Shown: positions 58,601-64,000 of the stretch, piece by piece
How the letters are laid out: each line of letters opens with the position of its first letter
How positions within the stretch are numbered: position 1 is the first letter of the stretch
Assembly (NCBI GenBank): GCA_963674865.2
Contig: CAXXYE010000011.1
Coordinates: 32,001 to 96,000 of the forward strand
DNA: 64,000 nucleotides
Source of the DNA: Candidatus Hydrogenedentota bacterium
Lineage (GTDB): Bacteria; Hydrogenedentota; Hydrogenedentia; Hydrogenedentales; SLHB01
Direction: 5' to 3'
Position numbers and translations under genes: made by a program
Notes under the pieces: generated by a model
Database searches by the model: none
What the model saw: only the letters and a program-made list of their open reading frames with translations
What the model was told of the DNA's origin: nothing

Positions 58601-59158
58601 GTCGACGGACAGGAGCCAGTTGCCGTCGGCCGAGAAGGCCAACGAGCAGACAGTCTGTTGGTGCCAGATCTTCTCTTCGTCGGTGTTGAGGGGACGGATC
58701 AATGTTCCGTCGATCGGATTTACCAGCAGTATTTCCCCCAGCCTGCCCATCGCTCCATAACCGCCAAAAGCCAGCAGGTCGTCGGTGGGGGACGACGCCG
58801 TTGCATAGATGCTCCCACGCAACGATCGAGCAACCTGCCAGCGAATGGTCCGCTCGCGGAGGTATATGCCGCGCAGATCACGGGTGACTGCCTCGAGGTT
58901 CCAAACCTGAACCACCTTGTCCAGCCCCGCCGAGCAGAGCCGCTTCGAGTCGCGCGTGAAGGCCAGGGACCGAAGACCGCCGGTGTGTCCTCCGGCGTTG
59001 ATTCGCAAGATCGGATCCGGCTCCTGCTCATCTTGCACGTCACCAACCATGGATGAGTCGCCGCGCGCCGCGTCTTGGGCTAGCGGGACACCGACAATCC
59101 ATCCCACCGACGCGACAATAAGGAGTAGGGCGGCCGGAGGTAAGTGAATCTTTCGCAT
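55638..59158 (-). CDS. Secreted WD40-repeat + PDZ-like + caspase (C14) domain protein, two apparent frameshifts
   Basis: WD40 repeats (GHTGGLRSLAF, GHNDFVTSV), GD-VITQID, FLAGHG and LDTCHSG dyad, HGVFT; frame breaks at ~57810 and ~57240. Confidence 0.82.
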
Positions 59159-59949
59159 GGACTTCTCACAATTCGACACGGCGCCGGGACCGAAAAGCCC
59201 GTCGTTCTATTGCTCGGTAACGGCGCAGTTGATGGGTAGCGCCCTTTGGGATAGGTGCAGGACACTGCGAACTGGACTTATTGAGCAGTGTGTCCGATAT
59301 CAGGGGTCGGCCGGAAGAGACGGGGCCCGCCAGTCGCTCGGTTAATACTACGCTCCCGCTCAAGCCGTGGCCAGTTGCGGTGAGGCAAGGGCCTTGTGCC
59401 GCAAATCCTACCTCAGACGGCACCTGTTCGGAAACCTCTGACCTACCGTTTCCGGCATCAGCATCAGTTACCAGTCATTTGCCACCTGATTCAGGGGGGC
59501 TGACTGTCATCGCCAGTCATTCGATAATGGGGGGTATTGTGAGACGTTCCGCAAAAGGCAAGAAGCGTCCGTCCTGTCCGTTGGGGGGCACGGCGGTGAA
59601 GAGCCGTGGGCAGACGGAAGGAAGGCGCTATTTGGAGCGGACTCGGCGATGGGCCCGGCGGGCGCGAGTGCGGACGGCTCGGAATCGGGATTCTTCCAGA
59701 CGATGAGTGAGGATCGCGTCAGGATGTGCCGCGGCCCAGCGGTCGGGCAGCATTTCTTCCAGACGCGGGGCGTCCGCATGCAGGCTGAGTAGAAGGTCGC
59801 GGACGTGATCGACCGCACCGGGTTGGCAACTCGTGCCCCCATATTTCGGGCCCTCTTACCCACGATTCGGACTTCTTGGAGACGGAAGCAAGCTAGGCTT
59901 GATTGGGGCCCTGAACGTGTTCCCTCCAGGCCGAAAGGAGCATCCGATC

Positions 59950-61131
59950 ATGCGGGACCGCACGATGCTGGCGGTTGGGAAGATCAGTCTGGTGGTCTTC
60001 GTGCTGCTGGCAATAAACAACGTCGAGGCAGCCACCTACTACGTCCGAAAGAGTGGCAGGAACAACAACTCGGGCACCTCACCGTCCGATGCATGGAAGA
60101 AGATCCAATCGGCTGCCGACGCGATGGTCGCGGGAGACACGGTCTACGTGGGCGCCGGCACGTACAGCGAACGGGTCCGGCCCGCCCATGACGGGACCTC
60201 GGGGAGCCCCATCCGCTACATCGCCGACGGCGACGGAGGCATGACCGGAGACGCCGGCGAGGTGGTGATCCGCAGGAACGGCCAAACATCGCTGGAAGTC
60301 TCCGGCGACAACTACATTCACGTGGTGGGATTCAAGATTGCGGGGAACAACGACGCCGTCCTCTGGAGCAATTCCCGCGGTGGGCTGCTACAAGATTGCG
60401 AGATATCCTGCGGCAGGAACGGCGTCACGGTCGACTCGAACGTCACGCTGCGCGTTCTGGACTGTACCGTACGAGAGAATGGAGGCTTTGGGATCCTCGT
60501 CAGGCTTGCGTTGTTCAACACCGACATCGTCGTCTCCGGGTGCACGTTCACCAGCAACGGCGGCGCCGCAATCGGTTCTCTGTTCGCACCTTGGGAAAAC
60601 GTAACGGCCACGGTCAAGAATTGCCTTATTCACGACAACCTCGATCGGGGCATTCAGATCGGCAATGCGTCGGACCAACTGTCGCTGACCGTTTGGAACA
60701 CGACGATCGCCCGCAACACGGGCGCTGGAGTCGAGCAGAGGGAAGGCGACCTGACGATCACTAACTCGATCATCGCTTTGAACAACGGCCAAGGGCTTCT
60801 TCGTGACAACGGCTCGATGAGCCACACCTACAATCTCGTTTTCGGCAACGGTGGGGGGGATTTTTCGGGGACCTCCCAGGACTCAACGGAACTCTCCAGC
60901 GACCCGTTGTTCGAGAATGTCTACACCTTCGACTATCATCTGAGCGAGGGGTCTCCCGCGGTGAATGCGGGCGTCGACGCCGCGGGAATCGTCGACGACG
61001 ATCTCGACGGCAACCCGCGACCGCTGAGCAGCGGCTGGGACTTGGGGTGCTACGAGTCGTCCTCGAGCGGCGTCTCGTCCGGAAGTTGGCGAGTAATCAA
61101 GTGGATCGAGATCGACAAGCCGGGCGGCTGA
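59950..61131 (+). CDS. Secreted right-handed parallel beta-helix protein
   Basis: AAGGAG RBS, signal peptide, YYVRKSG.N.NSGTS, GDTVYVGAGTY, SPAVNAG, DLGCYE. Confidence 0.82.
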   Translation: MRDRTMLAVGKISLVVFVLLAINNVEAATYYVRKSGRNNNSGTSPSDAWKKIQSAADAMVAGDTVYVGAGTYSERVRPAHDGTSGSPIRYIADGDGGMTGDAGEVVIRRNGQTSLEVSGDNYIHVVGFKIAGNNDAVLWSNSRGGLLQDCEISCGRNGVTVDSNVTLRVLDCTVRENGGFGILVRLALFNTDIVVSGCTFTSNGGAAIGSLFAPWENVTATVKNCLIHDNLDRGIQIGNASDQLSLTVWNTTIARNTGAGVEQREGDLTITNSIIALNNGQGLLRDNGSMSHTYNLVFGNGGGDFSGTSQDSTELSSDPLFENVYTFDYHLSEGSPAVNAGVDAAGIVDDDLDGNPRPLSSGWDLGCYESSSSGVSSGSWRVIKWIEIDKPGG

Positions 61132-61188
61132 GGGACGCAAACGACTCGCGGCGGCGGCCCGTGGTGGTCGCGGATTGAGGGATGGAGG

Positions 61189-61827
61189 CTACGCCGTCTG
61201 CTCCCAGTTTTCACTGGATGATTGGCCGGCCGGCGTGGCCATCCGAACCAGTTCGACGACGGAGTTCGCACCAAGTTTTTTCATCAAGCGGGCCCTGCGA
61301 TCCTCGACCGTGCGGATGCTCAAGTCAAGTTCGACGGCGATTTGCTTGTTGAATTTCCCGGCCAGGATCATCTCGAGCACTTCCTGTTCACCGCTGGAAA
61401 GCGAGGCCATGCGTTCTTGGTATTCCGCCTGCTGCATCCGTTCGAGGCGGTTTCTCGCGTCGACCTTGAAGGCCTTTCGGATGCTGTTCCAGAGATCGTG
61501 TTCTTGAAAGGGCTTCTCGATGAAGTCGACCGCCCCGGCTTGCATGGCACCGACCGCCATTCGCACGTTGGCATGCCCCGTGATGAAGATCACCGGCAAC
61601 TGAATGTCGGCGTCGATCAGTTTTTCGTGCAGTTCAAGTCCGCTCATGCCGGGCATGGCCACGTCGAGGACCAGGCACCCCGGTCTGGCAAGTCCGTAGC
61701 CGTCGAGAAAACCACTGGCGGACGAATAGGTTTCCACCCGGGGAAAGATGGCCCCAATCAGTCTGGCCATCGAGTCCAAGGTGGCAGAATCGTCGTCCAC
61801 AACGAAAACGGTTGGTTCACTGTTCAA
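61189..61827 (-). CDS. FixJ/LuxR-family response regulator
   Basis: VVDDD, LDVAMPGMSG, FITGH, FIEKP, NKQIA..L..S.RTVE. Confidence 0.92.
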   Translation of the reverse strand: MNSEPTVFVVDDDSATLDSMARLIGAIFPRVETYSSASGFLDGYGLARPGCLVLDVAMPGMSGLELHEKLIDADIQLPVIFITGHANVRMAVGAMQAGAVDFIEKPFQEHDLWNSIRKAFKVDARNRLERMQQAEYQERMASLSSGEQEVLEMILAGKFNKQIAVELDLSIRTVEDRRARLMKKLGANSVVELVRMATPAGQSSSENWEQTA

Positions 61828-62674
61828 CGTTCAACTCCTTGGAGCGGATCGGCAAGACGATCCGGAAAACTGTGCCGGATCCGGTTGCAGACGCAACCTC
61901 CAACCGACCGCCCAGATTCTCGACGAGCGATCGGCTGACGGGCAGCCCGAGCCCCAAACCGCCCGGCTTGGTCGTGTATGACGGAGAACAGAAAAGGTCG
62001 AAATCGTCTCCCGCCAGTCCGGGGCCGGAGTCCTCAATGGTGATTTCAACCGTCGATTCTTCGTTGCGGCGAGTGCCTACGGTGACCAGACGGCGGTCGG
62101 GCCGGTTCCGGGAGACCGCTTCCATGGCGTTTTTCAATATGGCGGCGATCACCTTTGTCGACTGTACACGGTCGGTGGCTATCTTGGGAAGATGGCCGTC
62201 CAGCTTAAACTGCACGTCGACGCCGAGCAACCGGCGTTTCGGCTCCAGCACCGAGACCACTTCTTGGACCAGGTCATCCAGATCAACCGGGGCCCGCTCG
62301 GGGTCATTGCCGGCAATCAGGCATTTCAAGCGTTGGGCGTACCGGTTGGCTCGATTGGATTGTTCGGCGATTCGCCGGACCACCTCGATTGCTTGAGCTT
62401 CGTTGTCTCCAGTGTCCGAATTATCAGTCAAATAGTGAAGGCACACCGCGGCATAGTTGGCTATAGCGCCGAGCGGCTGACTGATTTCGTGCGTCATACC
62501 GTTGAGCAGGTCGACATCCGGCGACTCCTTTGCGAGACGAACGAGAATCTCCGCGTCTTGTCCCGTGGGCCAAGAGAATGGACGGCCACGCCCGGTCGCG
62601 GGCGCGTCCCGAAGTGTGGAAGCGTCGCTGACAGAAGCCTGAAGTCGCTCTCGGCCTGACATGGTTGAAACCAC
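61817..62674 (-). CDS. Sensor histidine kinase (cytoplasmic, FixL-like core)
   Basis: HEISQPL H-box, NAMEA, DSGPG, TTKPGGLGLGL; overlaps the response regulator start. Confidence 0.88.
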   Translation of the reverse strand: MVSTMSGRERLQASVSDASTLRDAPATGRGRPFSWPTGQDAEILVRLAKESPDVDLLNGMTHEISQPLGAIANYAAVCLHYLTDNSDTGDNEAQAIEVVRRIAEQSNRANRYAQRLKCLIAGNDPERAPVDLDDLVQEVVSVLEPKRRLLGVDVQFKLDGHLPKIATDRVQSTKVIAAILKNAMEAVSRNRPDRRLVTVGTRRNEESTVEITIEDSGPGLAGDDFDLFCSPSYTTKPGGLGLGLPVSRSLVENLGGRLEVASATGSGTVFRIVLPIRSKELNVEQ

Positions 62675-63186
62675 TGGGAGGCTGCTTCACCGCGCCTCGA
62701 AATGCGAGCAGGATGCGGGGCTTTGAATCCGAAGACAATATGGGCGACAGGGAACGCGGACTAGCCAACCTTTGTTGATGCGACTCTGCCGAACACAGAC
62801 GACGACCCGCCACTTGCCACACGGCGGCCGGCACAGAGCGACCGGCTGGGTGCAAGCGGAAAAAGTAGGTTACTATTGACGATCAGTGAGTATACCTAAT
62901 AATGGCCCCTTAGGCAAATGTCTACTTGGCTGATGTCATTTGATTCAACGGTCGCCATGATCCAGTGAATGGCAACCGCCGGGGCACTGAAGTGAAGCCG
63001 CCAGCCGGATGACCGGTAGCGAATCCCCTCTGTGGCGACGAGAAGAAAGCCGTTTGAAGTGAGGGGCTGGTGAATGGCAACACGGAACCTCAAAAACTGG
63101 TTTTTTCTGGAAGCGGCCCCGGTCGCGCACGAAACTTCATCCACCGGCTGCCAGGCCGCATGGTGTGACCTAGAAAGAGGAAAGTT

Positions 63187-64000
63187 ATGTCGACGTTGAA
63201 ACGGATTCTGGTGACCGGAGGAGCAGGGTTTCTCGGCTCGCGGCTATGCGAGCGACTAGTGGACGATGGCCACGACGTAATCTGCCTGGACAACTTCTTC
63301 ACCAGCCAGAAAACCAACGTTGTGCAACTCCTGGATCGGCCGAACTTCGAGCTGATACGGCACGATGTCACGCTGCCAGTCTATCTTGAGGTAGACGAGA
63401 TATTTAACCTCGCTTGTCCAGCCGCTCCCGGCCATTATCAATACAACCCCATCAAGACCATGAAAACGTCACTCTCGGGGGCGATCAACGTGTTGGGGAT
63501 GGCCAAACGGTGCCGGGCAAAGGTGCTTCAGGCTTCGACCAGTGAAGTATATGGGGAACCCGACGTGCATCCACAGCCGGAAACCTACCGGGGGTCGGTG
63601 AATCCAATTGGCCCCCGGGCATGCTACGACGAGGGAAAACGGGCAGCCGAAGCGCTCTTCATGGACTACCACCGTATGAACCGCGTCGAGGTACGGATAG
63701 TACGGATCTTCAATACCTACGGCCCCCTTATGCACCCCTTCGATGGCAGGGTTGTTTCGAACTTCATCCGCCAGGCTCTCCAAGGTGAGGACATCACGAT
63801 CTTTGGCGACGGGTCTCAGACGCGATCGTTCTGCTATCGCGACGATATGGTCGAAGGGCTGATCTTGATGATGAACAACGCCCAGGGCTTCATCGGGCCG
63901 GTGAATTTGGGAAATCCGGAGGAGTTTACGATTCTAGAGCTGGCGGAACTGGTGCGGGAACTGGTTGGCGGCACGTCGAAAGTGGTCTACCGGGCTCTCC
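63187..64000 (+). CDS. UDP-glucuronate decarboxylase (UDP-xylose synthase), runs off the window
   Basis: Manual translation: [66 protein letters not shown]. Confidence 0.92.
   Translation, partial: MSTLKRILVTGGAGFLGSRLCERLVDDGHDVICLDNFFTSQKTNVVQLLDRPNFELIRHDVTLPVYLEVDEIFNLACPAAPGHYQYNPIKTMKTSLSGAINVLGMAKRCRAKVLQASTSEVYGEPDVHPQPETYRGSVNPIGPRACYDEGKRAAEALFMDYHRMNRVEVRIVRIFNTYGPLMHPFDGRVVSNFIRQALQGEDITIFGDGSQTRSFCYRDDMVEGLILMMNNAQGFIGPVNLGNPEEFTILELAELVRELVGGTSKVVYRAL

Noticed and set aside
59166..59940. Short ORFs or an ncRNA in the long divergent intergenic region
   Set aside because: No RBS/motif support or convincing fold; most likely promoter DNA.

Overview
GC-rich bacterial DNA. DUF1549/DUF1553, DUF1501 and PPC genes, Tat-exported oxidoreductases, a sulfatase and typical REP-like inverted repeats point to a Planctomycete. 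Most of the window is carbohydrate/small-molecule catabolism and secreted proteins. The standout is a ~5.9 kb + strand locus at 25.6-31.5 kb. It opens with a short leader ORF and mutually exclusive terminator/antiterminator helices, which reads as a ribosome-sensing attenuator. Next come 20 tRNA or tRNA-like genes covering 17 amino acids, none CCA-encoded, many non-canonical, and two interrupted by related ~20-25 nt hairpin inserts. An HNH nuclease, an HExxH protein and a small unknown protein are interleaved among the tRNAs. The locus ends with a ~590 nt structured RNA (GOLLD-like) containing a tRNA-Phe, followed by an SPFH/slipin gene. Also notable: a secreted protein of ~26% cysteine built from CCEPA repeats, and a patch of ten consecutive AGG/AGA Arg codons. 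Frameshifts at ~32.3 kb and across 48-59 kb look like long-read indel errors. All calls are from manual reading; no searches were run.
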